Made by a program: the position numbers and the translations under genes
The notes under the pieces: model-generated
What the model was told of the DNA's origin: nothing
Databases searched by the model: none
The model's input: only the letters and a program-made list of their open reading frames with translations
Shown here: positions 49,201 to 60,584 of the stretch, piece by piece
How the letters are laid out: each line of letters begins with the position of its first letter
Numbering within the stretch: the first letter of the stretch is position 1
Assembly (NCBI GenBank): GCA_001938485.1
Contig: MQRK01173466.1
Coordinates: 33,156-97,155 of the forward strand
DNA: 64,000 bases
Source of the DNA: Girardia tigrina
Lineage: Eukaryota
Direction: 5' to 3'

Positions 49201-51948
49201 CATCTCATTGCAGAAATTCAATTTGATTATGATTCCAATTTAAACGCCTTTAATATTCAAACTTTGGCTTCTAAATTAATCGAGAAATTCAACATTCAAA
49301 TATCTATCATCGTAGAACTTTTACCAATCTTGCTTAGTGAGAAAATCAAACTAACTAATTTTTGGAAAAATCTGAAAAAATTGCTTTTTCTGAGAAATTT
49401 TCTTCGTTCGTAAAAATCTCATTTGTCCCAACTGAATATTTCAATGACAAATCTGATTCTCAATAATATTTCAATACAACTTCAGCGTTTACATGTAACA
49501 CACCGCAAGGCAATTTTAAGACAGTACATCATATTGAGTTGGTGCTTTCAATCAACCCTCTATATTGTTAAAACTAAACAAAGTCACAAAAATCAATGTG
49601 GTAAAAATTTTGGTCGTAAAATTCACATAGTTAAAATTGCGTTACGTTCAAAAATTACAGGTTGTCTGTTCAAGCGTTAAACTTTATAATACTTTATATC
49701 ATAAAATACTTTACAATATTTTATAATTTTATAAGTATTTTAAAAATTATTAAAATAAAACTACTCAATTAAAAATGAAAATTTAAATATTAATTTGGTC
49801 GTTTGTACGTAAAAAAATAACACCACCCAACAGTAAATTTGATTCATTTAAATTTTTCTTGTTTCTATACAAAATTAGGTGTGATGATTGCAATGCTTAT
49901 ATTTATTTGGTTGAAGCTCTAACGTCTTGACCAGTATCAAGAAATATCATTAATTATATAATAACTTCAAGTCATTGATGCATTAACTACATTAATAATC
50001 ATGTTTTTTGTTTTAAATATTATTATAAACATACTAGTAAATAACCCGTCATGTATGACGGGTATAATTAAATATAGAATAAATTTTCACAAGACGTTTT
50101 TTTCTTAAAATTCATTTTTTTCCATATGAATTATTATTAATTTAATTATCTACTTACAATTGTAAGTAAATAATATGAGCGTTCTTCACAGAATCAATCA
50201 ATCAGTCAGTCAGTCAGTCACAGATCAAGACAAATATATATATTTATAAGATAAAAATGTAAATAAGTTGATATTTCAAGTTATCTGTCGATTCTTTTTG
50301 TTGTGTGTGGAAATTATATTGATCCGAAAAGAGTTAAATTTATGATTTTTAAAATTATTTAAAATTCCGAAGCATACGAGCGGTATTTTCTGGTGTCTAT
50401 TGAGGATCAGAATAAATTATAAGCTCCGCATTTTATCTGTGGTTGCTGCAAGTCGACGTTGGCGGGATGGCTGTGTGGTGATCGTAAATCTATGATATTT
50501 CCAATTCCTCGAATATGGAAAGAGCCATTAAATCACGGATATGATTTCTTCTACTATATATTCGAAGTATCAGCCTACAAAAAACAACAAAATAAACAGA
50601 AGTTGAACCCTCCTTATTTTTAAATTCCAAAATATGAATCATCATCTTCTATTGCGCCCGTTGAACATGACCAATACCTTCATATTCTAGTTCCTCCAAC
50701 TGATATTTTTTAATGGCAACGATGATAAATATGGTTTTCTTTATAAATATGATTGTGAAGAGGATGACCATTTTGTAACCAAGTCACTAGTTGAACATCA
50801 TTTTCATAATCCAGCAGAAATTGGTGATTTAGGACGAGATTTGAGTCTTTTTAAATCAGATACTGAACTTCTAGTATCAAAACTTAAAGAACTGAATCTT
50901 TTACTCATGGACATGGATTTCCTTCCATGGAAAATTTTAGTTGATCTTCGTGGTTTTCGTCATTTCCACTCAAGAATCAATGACAATACGTACAGTGAGA
51001 GCAAGAGCAGGAGATCGCACCGGGTGAACCACCAACCAAGGCCAAATCGACTGGACCACGGTCTATGTGCGGTGAATCTCGCGGAACAGTGGATTCCAGA
51101 CGGGCATTGGGAGGTGACTTCGTGAGCAAGGCAACTCTCTGGTGTCGGAGGGATGTCCGACTGAGAGTCTTGAGCATCAGTTTCCTCCACAGTAAAATGG
51201 TTCCGGGTACAGTGACCCCAAATACGATTATCAAATTTTGATTGATTTTTCTTGAAATGATTTTTCGAGATTAGAGTGAATATTTTGTACAAAGAATTAA
51301 TCGAATTTAAACTGAATTTATTAAGAAAACAATTGTCGAGCTTTGAAAGTAACTTTTATTGAAATAATGGAAAAAAATTTGATTTGTATATTTTTTGTTA
51401 AAACGTTCATACAAAATTTATTAAACCGATTTTAAAAGATTTGATATTTTTGAATAAAATAGAACTTTTTAGAATATTTTGACATTATGTATTTTTTTCT
51501 TTATCGTTAGAATGAAAACTTTGTTTTTGAGACTTTATATTGATCTGATTGAAAAAAAAGTTAATGATTGATCGAAAATCCTTCAATAATTCTTTAACAA
51601 ATCTGAATATTTTTTTTTACTTGACTTGATTAATCATTGTTAAATACCACATTAACTGATTTGTAGTAGTTTTAATTAATATTCCTTAGGTCCTAAGGCA
51701 AAAATTTCTTTATCTTTATTCTTTTAACATTTGGTTACATTTAGAAAAATTACTAATTTTTTATTGTCAATACAGATGGATTTTAAAGGGTCTTCATGAT
51801 GACATAACAGATGAAGAACTAGATGCAATCATTCATGATACCGATACAGATGGATCAGGAACGGTCGACTTTGACGGTACTGTTCGACTGACAATTATAT
51901 TTACATATTTTCTTTTTAGAATTCTACAAATTGATGACCTCAGACTAA
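34281..51948 (+). CDS. TNNC: Troponin C (molluscan/spiralian type), 154 aa; join(34281..34283,34418..34463,34507..34650,34703..34844,51776..51876,51920..51948)
   Basis: MAEGNSEFSLTEEQMKYAKKAFDQYDKKKQG...EWADIIDEEATGTI...RKKLQEDADIKELKEAFRTLDK...MRWILKGL...DTDTDGSGTVDFDEFYKLMTSD*. The W..DE.ATG, R.WILK and DTDGSGTVD signatures match scallop-type TnC as I recall it. All introns are GT-AG in frame; the ATG-only first exon is typical of the CaM/TnC family. Confidence 0.92.
34418..34844 (+). CDS. TNNC: Troponin C exons 2-4 (34418-34463, 34507-34650, 34703-34844)
   Basis: EF-hands I-III; 43- and 52-nt introns with phase continuity. Confidence 0.92.
41729..41900 (+). mobile_element. Tc1-like transposase N-terminal fragment
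   Basis: GKSYHKIYKDFGVSKIVVCQLV..RFKQYGSIKN, resembling a paired-like HTH. Confidence 0.45.
41940..43824 (+). mobile_element. Internally deleted Ty3/gypsy element: gag (CCHC), protease, no RT, integrase fragment, PPT and 3' LTR from 43541
   Basis: CYKCKQVGHIAKYC; ILIGMD; NKADELTR; H..CHLG..CQSCQSIDPAP, LAADVT, IIDCGPSR; PPT GGGGGGAG followed by TGTTA at 43541. LTR end uncertain. Confidence 0.85.
44659..46265 (-). mobile_element. Tc1-family IR/DR element with ~220-bp TIRs; transposase 45902->44897 (gaps, at least one stop)
   Basis: TA TSD; CAGTGACCAGCAAAA / TTTTGCTGGTCACTG; long TIRs with internal direct repeat AAAACTATACAGTTTTGC; GRPR, VVFSD, KFGGGSIMVWGC, WPSQSPDLNPIEHIW. Confidence 0.95.
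46268..47870 (+). mobile_element. Gypsy 5' LTR end, PBS and degraded gag, interrupted by solo-LTR copy 2
   Basis: AATAAA...TTAACA|TGGCGAC (PBS at 46356); knuckles WACREEGHVRRECP and HCK.EGHLRTQCY; gag reading resumes across the insertion (..RKWD|NNRNHW..). Confidence 0.75.
47123..47645 (+). mobile_element. Solo-LTR-like element copy 2
   Basis: TATGAGGGCTTAA...GCAACCACCTCTCACC; perfect 5-bp TSD GGGAC (47118-47122 / 47646-47650). Confidence 0.85.
47880..48989 (-). mobile_element. hAT remnant with BED zinc-finger fragment
   Basis: Minus-strand terminus TAGGGTTGGAACTACGTAAGTAA at 48989; VQCKYCLATFNPKQVTTSLIKH BED motif. Confidence 0.65.
50034..50251 (-). mobile_element. Non-autonomous Helitron (Lep1-like) carrying a (TGAC)n microsatellite
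   Basis: Minus strand A|TC...hairpin ACCCGTCATACATGACGGGT...CTAG|T, no TSD. Confidence 0.85.
50290..50905 (+). mobile_element. Chapaev3 (CMC) transposase relic
   Basis: EDQNKL*APHFICGCCKSTLAGWLCGDRKSMIFPIPRIWKEPLNH and RDLSLFKSDTELLVSKLKELNLL match Chapaev3 motifs (DQDKxWAPH..WREPxxH; RDLxLxKxxAELLxSRL). Confidence 0.8.
51776..51948 (+). CDS. TNNC: Troponin C exons 5-6 (51776-51876, 51920-51948)
   Basis: EF-hand IV DTDGSGTVDFDE; 43-nt intron; stop TAA; AATAAA at ~52038. Confidence 0.93.
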
Positions 51949-52499
51949 GAGAAAAGAAACAGATTAAGAATTATACTAAAGCTATATTAATTCTAATTAT
52001 TAATACGAAATATCTATTTGTTTAATTTCCGTATTTCAATAAATTGCAAAGCCAAAAATGATTTGTTGTTTTGATAACATTATACCAAACCTGATTGAAT
52101 TTTAAGATATATAAAAAATATTATTGATTTCTGTATTTTTAACTTAGTTAATATTTTTTTATATTGGAAAATATAAATATAATTATCTATGTATAATTTC
52201 AATTAGAATTAATAGAAAAATAAACAATTATTTATTTTGGAATTAAGATTTTAAATTAGTTTTTTGTTGTTAAATGTCCGAGATTTTTTTCAATTCTCAA
52301 ATCGTTTATCAAAGTAAATAAAAATGTTAAGTTACTTTTATTCTTTTTATTTGTAATTTGCATATTTATTGTAATAAATTATAGAAATTATTAATATTGG
52401 TATTTGAAATAATACACCTCAGAGTTCGTTAATAAACACCAAAATAAAACCCCTGGTGATTTACGTATTAACGCCACACAATAAAAATTGTTCATAGAC

Positions 52500-52918
52500 G
52501 TATGAAGTTGAAAAAGTTACCAAACAAATAGAATAGTAATAGAAGGATTCCTATGCTAACGTTAATCATAAATACAATTTTATTGATCCTGATGCAGGTT
52601 GAGACATATACAAACAGTTGAGAGAATGTCGGTTAGTGCCAAAAAGAAGAACAAGAGACATAGGGGGACGGCGAGACATCATTTAGAATCTTATTTATCA
52701 GAGTTCATATGGCGAAAGCATCATGTGAAAGAAAACAAACTGTTTTGAATCTTTGTTAAATTCTATATCGGCCCATTTTCACCGAAATTCGATTTGTTTT
52801 GAATTTTGAAAGTGTTTTGATTTTAAATAAAGTTTTCTATTCTATGATTTAAACATTTTAGGTGTAGATTGACGTATTAGCAGAATTTTTGATGTGGTGG
52901 TGCTAATGCTTATGTACC
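52500..52918 (+). mobile_element. Merlin (IS1595/ISXO2-like) transposon 3' part
   Basis: VNHKYNFIDPD, HIQTVE, RGTARHHLESYLSEFIWR; terminus ...TGCTAATGCTTATGTACC. Confidence 0.8.
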
Positions 52919-54009
52919 AACCCGTGTGCAATCGTATTAGTTTTGTTTCCTCTTGTCAAAGAAAAGACTATTTTCAAAATAATTTATATTAGAAAATCAA
53001 ATATAATAAAAAATCACGACTGTTATTTGATGGAAGGAAACATCATAAATTCGCATCAGTTATCTATCACAAATTCTCTTTCTGTGCAAATGACAACATT
53101 AATAATTGTGGCGTGTGTTGTCAAAATAAACAATTTCTAATAAAATTTCAGGGTTTCAATGTTAATGGTAAATCTGTAAGAAAGATGATAAGGTCAAAAG
53201 GCGATTGCACTTGTATTTTTCCTATGTCAAAGAGTTTGGATGTAATTTTCATACATGAAAAACAAGACAGATGCGTATTTGGTCAATATGCAACAAGAAA
53301 AATATCAACAGAAAAAAGCGGATGTTTATCTAATGATACATCGTTATTTCAGGCGCGAATTTTTCGTGTTGTAATCATTAAGTTTTTCTAATTTAAAATA
53401 TTCATTATTTTTACTAAAATAGGTTCGACATTCCACACAAAAAAAACAGAATTTTAATGATTATTTTGTTTAAATTTGACGAAATATATTTCATGTGTTT
53501 AAGTTTCACTATTGAATATGTATGAGATTTATTTATATTTATATTCAAATTTAATATTTAAACGTTAGCTGTCGCAGGATCGTTATATATATATATATAT
53601 AATCTGCTAGATACAATCTGGAAATCAGGGACGATTCGCGCGGACGTTGACGAGTTTTAAATATATCTTATTTTATTTGGTGAAAATAACTTTAACATTT
53701 AATTGTTATTTTTTGTCAACAAAACTTTAAATAGCGTCATTTCGGTAGCGACAGTTTTAATGATGTATATATGAAACTAATTATATTTCCTTTATATTAA
53801 TAAAATTTACTGAATATTATAATTATAATTAAATCTATTATTTAAAAACCGAAATTGTCAATTGACACGTTTGTTTACAATATCGAATAAAATTTTATTT
53901 TCTAAAACGTACGTTCCCAAAGAGATGAACAATTTTGGTATTTATTTTTGATGACAATAATGATTGTATTTGTAATTAAAAATTAATAAATCATCCTATT
54001 AACTCTAGT

Positions 54010-54330
54010 CAAGTGTTTCCCAAACTTAATCATAAACAAAATAATGATACACGAAAATTAAAATATAATAATAATATAATGAAAGTAAAATGTTTTACGT
54101 AAATTTAATCATAATAGGATCAATGAGAAGGATGCTATCACTAAAAATTATCATAATTTGGTTCCGTGGTTGTTAATTTTAATTTAAGATGCGGCTCCAC
54201 ATCCAAAGCATGTTCTACAGATAATGAACAAGTAACTTTCCATAGATATGAAGTGTGAACAGGCAAAATGTTTTTCAAAACTATTTCTTTTAAAACAGAA
54301 TATATGTTGCAGCTGGAACAAAATGATGTT
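54010..54330 (-). mobile_element. hAT Buster/Charlie transposase C-terminal remnant
   Basis: LDVEPHLKLKLTTTEPN and terminal HPSH*; TIR-like CAAGTGTTTCCCAAAC at 54010. Confidence 0.6.
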
Positions 54331-55211
54331 CATTTAAAGTATAGTTGTAGTTTGGCCGGCAATATGGCTATATCGTGCTCAGGGACACTTAATTGTGGAG
54401 GATCCTATCAACCCCAGATCTAAGTCGGACTCCGCGTCGACGTTGTAGGATCACTCTGCATCTCGGTCGGGTCACCCGCAAGGTTGCGGTCCCATGATGT
54501 AGATGTTGTGACTCTCGGAGGCTTGATACAATCGGGGAACTCCCTGTCGCAACAAAATCGCTGGATCGGCGTCGAGTAAAGCTGGTTTCTTTTGAACCGT
54601 TGACGTAATCTGATCGTACGCTAGGCGAATCTTGTTGCCAACAATGAGCGATTCGAAATTACTCGATTTGATATGTTTTTAATTGATGAATGTTCCATCC
54701 GTTGTTTCGAGATCGAATCTGTCGGTTAGAAAGCACTCGAAATGATTTTCAAACATGATAAATTAACGACGAACAGTTTGTTACAAATAGATATTTATTT
54801 TCATTTACAATTTTGTCAAATTACACGCGTTAAAACAAGTACATGTTCACTGAGCATTAATTCTTTTCATTATAATTAAAAAATAAATAAATTATAAATG
54901 TTTTTTATTTACACTGATTAATTTTGATAAATTTCACAGGAGCACCACAATAGTCCTTATCTTTGTTTTCAAGTTTCCATCTGAAGATAATTCTTTATTC
55001 ACATTCCATGCGTGATAAACTTTAATGGCATGGACATTACATTAATGTTGAATAAAAATTTTAAGTTTAAGAAAAATTTTAAAGGTTCCCTCATAAACTT
55101 TCTAAATGATGCATTATATATTTCAGAGTATCAGTCTAAAAATGACTTCTATTACATAAATAATAAAATATTTTTCCGTTAAACGATTTATTATAAGTTC
55201 AAACTATAATA

Positions 55212-56538
55212 CAGTGCGGTTCATAAGTAAGTTCGCACCCCATGAATATTATTTATCTACAACAAAGACACATTGAACATGTATTAAAATAAAATATTTA
55301 ATTAATATTTTGTTGGATAACCACGCATTTGTATTATCAACGATAAACGACGGGGCATCGAATGAACTAGGGACTCGCACTGTGCCCTNNNGATCTTGTA
55401 CCATATGTCTTGAATGGCATTCCATAGATCATTATCTGTTGCAGGGCAAGTATTTATTACATTCCTTTTAATAATATGCCATAAATTTTCAATCGGGTTT
55501 GCGTCCGGTGAATTGGCAGGCCAGTCTAACACTTTCACATTCATTTCGTTAAGAAAACGAGTTGTCGAAGTCGCTTTGTGGGCTGGAGCAAGGTCTTGTT
55601 GAAAAATAAATGATTTCTCAGGAAATCTGAGACATTGTCCGACGATATCAATGTNNNNNNNNNNNNNNNNNNNNNNNNNNNNNNNNNNNNNNNNNNNNNN
55701 NNNNNNNNNNNNNNNNNNNNNNNNNNNNNNNNNNNNNNNNNNNNNNNNNNNNNNNNNNNNNNNNNNNNNNNNNNNNNNNNNNNNNNNNNNNNNNNNNNNN
55801 NNNNNNNNNNNNNNNNNNNNNNNNNNNNNNNNNNNNNNNNNNNNNNNNNNNNNNNNNNNNNNNNNNNNNNNNNNNNNNNNNNNNNNNNNNNNNNNNNNNN
55901 NNNNNNNNNNNNNNNNNNNNNNNNNNNNNNNNNNNNNNNNNNNNNNNNNNNNNNNNNNNNNNNNNNNNNNNNNNNNNNNNNNNNNNNNNNNNNNNNNNNN
56001 NNNNNNNNNNNNNNNNNNNNNNNNNNNNNNNNNNNNNNNNNNNNNNNNNNNNNNNNNNNNNNNNNNNNNNNNNNNNNNNNNNNNNNNNNNNNNNNNNNNN
56101 NNNNNNNNNNNNNNNNNNNNNNNNNNNNNNNNNNNNNNNNNNNNNNNNNNNNNNNNNNNNNNNNNNNNNNNNNNNNNNNNNNNNNNNNNNNNNNNNNNNN
56201 NNNNNNNNNNNNNNNNNNNNNNNNNNNNNNNNNNNNNNNNNNNNNNNNNNNNNNNNNNNNNNNNNNNNNNNNNNNNNNNNNNNNNNNNNNNNNNNNNNNN
56301 NNNNNNNNNNNNNNNNNNNNNNNNNNNNNNNNNNNNNNNNNNNNNNNNNNNNNNNNNNNNNNNNNNNNNNNNNNNNNNNNNNNNNNNNNNNNNNNNNNNN
56401 NNNNNNNNNNNNNNNNNNNNNNNNNTGATCAATTTTAATCATTTTAAACAATGCAATTAAAATAATAAAGACTTTTTCATCGTTTTATTGAGATATATTG
56501 AAATTGTTAGGGTGCGAACTTACTTATGAACCGCACTG
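55212..56538 (-). mobile_element. Young Tc1 (DD34E) element, interior mostly gap
   Basis: Perfect 28-bp TIR CAGTGCGGTTCATAAGTAAGTTCGCACC, TA TSD; FQQDLAPAH, WPANSPDANPIENLW, GYPTKY*. Confidence 0.95.
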
Positions 56539-57089
56539 TATAGGTCCTATTTTTGTCGCATTTTTTCATATGAAAAAAATGCGCTATTGTATTCATCATA
56601 TCCTTATATGTATTTATGTGTTTATTACTGCAAATTACGGGTACCGGATGCGTCCAAGACCCCATAAACTATATATTTTTGGATAGGTCTCTTCAACAGC
56701 AATCCGCGCAGTTTTTTTCAGTTTTCGGGAGATTGAAGAAATATCGGGCAGAAGTCTTCATCTATGAGTGCTTCGTCAGCTATCATAAATTTGTTCTAAG
56801 AATTTTCAATATCTAGTTATTAACAAATGTATTTGTGAAAAGAAAAGGAAACATAAAAAAATTAGTAAATAAAATCTTGTGTTTTTTGGTCAAAGTTTCT
56901 TTCAGGCTGAACATTTAAAGAAAATTTTATGTATTTTATTAAACTGGTTTTTTGTAAAATAATAATGTCTCTATGAGATTAACCATTTCGTAGACCAATC
57001 GGAGTCAAGGGCGTATCCAGCGGACAAGNNNNNNNGGGGGGGGGGGTAAATTTTATAAATAAAATTACTAAAATTATAGGAGTCCCATT

Positions 57090-58450
57090 AAAGTATTTTA
57101 TTATCAAAGTACATGTAAAAAGCCACATTTCTGTTCGGAATACTTATCGTTATCGTTCATTGGATTGCATTATTCGCAGAATACAATACTTGACATTGGA
57201 GACAATACACATGCGTCTCAGATTTTTTGTTGTTGTCTCTGAGAGCTTTTATGTTTTGAGTAATGTTTCATTTTCACTTGGCCAGGAACCCAAGCAACCT
57301 ACCACAATGGTTCCCAGTCAAACTGCCATCCTTTGTCGTGGTTTTTATATTTCGCCTCATTGTCTTTTCTTGTTTTTCTTAAGAGTTTTAAGTTTTTGTA
57401 CGGAGTTTTGACATCAATTAGCTAGAGTTCTTTTTTATCTTTATTGAATATTTATTGAATATTATTGAATATAAGTAAACTCTGCTTTTCGAATCAGACC
57501 ACGCACACTCACGGTCTTTATTTATTTGTAAGAATGATTTTTCCGATGATATTTTTTCCACGACAATTTGCATCGCCGCATTATTTCAGGAAATAATCAT
57601 CGGACTATTTATTTTACAGAGACACAAAACATGTATCGGTGTCTCTGTACCTTTGCCGCACGCTCAGCAGAGTGTTTCATGGCATGGCTTTCTCGGTTTG
57701 TAATTAGTTGGGAGACTATGTGTTCTTGCACAGGGAAGAAATTACCATTCTCTGTTTGTAATGTTTTCATTGTACATTACACCAACAGTATATTTATTGT
57801 CTGCAATCACAACTGCAGAAATTTCAGCAATCGTTTGTTTGATCAACTTTGTGAATTTTATATTTGCATACAAACGACGGGACTGGGAGGAGATTGAGTG
57901 AATTGGAGTTTTAGAAATCAACACCGACTCCGTATTGGTATTGATCTTTAAACAAATTCAAAGTTCGTTAGTGGTAAATTTTGCTCGCAACCCAATAGAA
58001 TCAATATATTTAATTCAGTTGCGAATCTTTGTCCACCACGATTTGTAGCCGTTCTCTCTGTCGCCTTGATGTAACCACTCTAGGCAATCAGAGAGTGTCC
58101 AGTCTCTATCTGCTTTGTTGTACTTATCTAGAGTTTTTGCTAAATTAATTTGTGTTAAGTCCTGAGATGTTGAATCGAACAAGTGAGATTCCAAAATGCT
58201 TGCACTATCGATTGCATTGTATATTCGTCTATCACTGACACAAGTCAAAGTCCTCCAAGATCCTTATCTATCTAAAAGTATTCTTTGAGGAGTTCTGGAC
58301 TGTGCCACTTATTTGTTTCAATAGTCGTTGGTGTTCGATATCCAGGTTGTTCTAAAAAGCAGATTTTTTCTTTACGTGGTGTCAGTAGTTTGTTAGTTTC
58401 CCATAAGTAAAGTAAAGATAGCAAACTACTTTTTGCAAAACGTTGACGCA
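57090..58450 (-). mobile_element. 5'-truncated RLE-type non-LTR retrotransposon (NeSL/Utopia/R2-group) relic
   Basis: W*FLPCARTHSLP..C*ACGKGTETPIHVLCLC..*NNAA (CCHC plus RHN region) and VGCLGSWPSENETLL (RLE VGxLGSW); 3' AATAAA near 57097. Confidence 0.82.
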
Positions 58451-58466
58451 TCTATACTCACACACA

Positions 58467-58560
58467 TAGAGGTGGGACAATTTAGCGTTTAAACTTTTTC
58501 GTTTTTAAGGACGTTTAAACGTTTAGCAATTCATTAACGAGCGTGTAATTCTTAAGTTCA
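58467..58560 (+). mobile_element. Terminus of the same hAT family as 3496-7776
   Basis: TAGAGGTGGGACAATTTAGCGTTT...GGACGTTTAAACGTTTAGC matches the reverse complement of 7690-7776. Confidence 0.7.
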
Positions 58561-59360
58561 AATTTATTAAACGTAATTTAATATTTTTATTAGATGTAAA
58601 ATAATTTAAATTATGTTGATTTTCAATATTTTTTCAAGTAACAAAGTTTTAAAAACGAGATGTATTTTATTGAAGTATTGTTTTCTGATATGTCATAAAA
58701 TCAAAATTTTTTCATGGAAATAATTAGGTCATACAGTTATTATTGGATTTGCGTATATAAAATATTAACTATTTAACGAATTCGCATTAAAAACAATTTG
58801 CATTTTAAAATTGAAAATTCGAGTTTAATTCAGTACAATAAAATAAATTTATTTGAATCAAATAAGTAAAAAGTAATAGCAATTATAATTGTACATTTTC
58901 CACGACTTTGAAACTATAAAATAATTAGTTTTATTGATTATAAATAAATTAATATAAATTAATTTTTCAAAAATTAAAAAAATAATTCTTGTTATCACAC
59001 TAAATACAACTACAATAAATAAACGTTAAAATTCTTTTTAATTATTTATTAATTCTTTCAAAAAATGATATTCAAATAATCAATAAAAAAACTGTATTGA
59101 TTAAATTTACGATAATTGTTTGAGATATTTATTAAAAAAATAAAGAAAAATTGAAATTGGAATTTTGAATTCCAATTTCAACACATTATATATATAAAGA
59201 AGAAAAAGTAAATTTAAATTTTATATATATATATATACATATATATATACATATGTATTAATAATTTCGAATTTCCTAGTTTTTGTTTAAATAAATCAAT
59301 CAAATAAAGAAAGCTTTGTTTTGAGCATTTTATTCCTTTTTTAATTTAAGTCAATTAAAA

Positions 59361-59520
59361 ATGTCTCGACGAGAAAAAGAATGAAAATGATTGGGAAAGG
59401 GAGGAGAGAGAAGAATCCGGAAAGCGTTGAGAAACAACTTCCAAGGCATCACCAAGCCGGCCATTAGACGACTGGCGAGAAAAGGCGGTATCAAGAGAAT
59501 CTCCAGTTTGATCTAAGAAG
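59361..59520 (+). pseudogene. H4: Histone H4 pseudogene (N-terminal half)
   Basis: [50 protein letters not shown] versus H4 [53 protein letters not shown]; three stops, truncated. Confidence 0.93.
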
Positions 59521-59709
59521 ATAGCATTCAGTCATTCATCCTGAAAATCAACTGCAATTTATTGAAGGCTTCAGAGAATGTGCAACGGTCCTCTTTAGGG
59601 CCAAAGCCTTTGATTGTAGGACTAGTGTCTTCATTCCAATGAGACAAAAAATAACAATATTTGTATACATTTGCATTATTTTTTCTTAAGCCAAATGAAA
59701 CTTTTCAAA

Positions 59710-59966
59710 ATGAATAGCGCATATCCGCTAGAAGTTAAAAAGAAACATTTAACAGTGATTATTTTCTTTTATTAATTTTTCGTATGTGTAGTTATTTGGA
59801 TATTTATCTATGCATATCTGTGTAGGTATATATATCCGATCCATTTATGAAGATCCTTCTTGAAAATGCGGTCGAAATCGATGAAGATAATCAAGAGATC
59901 AATATCGGGACGATCGTGATCCGCGGCATCAGCATCAATATTCTCTGGGCGGTCGATCTAGTCTTT
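59710..59966 (+). pseudogene. SNRPG: snRNP Sm G pseudogene fragment
   Basis: MNSAYPLEVKK (cf. MSKAHPPELKK) and DPFMKILLENAVEIDEDNQEINIGTIVIRGISINILWAVD (cf. DPFMNLVIDECVE..NIGMVVIRGNSIIMLEALE); middle missing; 3' end abuts solo-LTR copy 3. Confidence 0.8.
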
Positions 59967-59971
59967 AATCG

Positions 59972-60584
59972 TATGAGGGGTTAATTTAAATTATTATCTC
60001 ACCTGAATAATTTATTATTTTTTAATTTCAAGGGTAAAATATTTTTATGTTAATATGCTTATTCAATATTTTAAAATTAAAAATTATATAATAAATTATA
60101 ATTTTTTTTAAATAATAAATTATATTTAACTATTTAAAAATCAAAAACGTTTTTAAAAATAAAATATTTTTAATGTGTTTTTAAATATTTTAAAAAAATT
60201 AAAAATGATATAATAAAACAAAATCATAAAAAATAAAATATCTATTTAAAAATAAAAATTATCTTTTAATGTATCTATTAAATATCTTAAAATTAAAAAT
60301 GTCAAGAAAACAAAAATACTAAATATTTATTTATAAAAATATTTTTAATAAGCAATTTTAGAAAACTTTGAAATAAATTTTGAAAATAAAGTTTAAATAA
60401 TTTTTGAAATAAATTTTCGAAATAAATTTTCAGGATTTTAAAAAATTAAATCGAAAAGAATTTAATAAATTAATTTGGGTCGAGATAATTAAATTAACAG
60501 GAAAATTTGTTTTAAAGATGTAAATAAATAAATTTTGGTGTTAAAAAATGAATCCTGATATTGACGTTGCAACCACCTCTCACA
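59972..60584 (+). mobile_element. Solo-LTR-like element copy 3
   Basis: TATGAGGGGTTAA...GCAACCACCTCTCACA; 5-bp TSD AATCG/GATCG; internal duplication relative to copy 2. Confidence 0.85.

Noticed and set aside
49114-49413. 99-aa ORF, possibly gag-like
   Set aside because: No diagnostic motif, LTR or PBS.
59361-59520. TGA at Gly positions as a sign of an alternative genetic code
   Set aside because: The fragment is truncated and also has TAA; the intact genes translate cleanly with the standard code.
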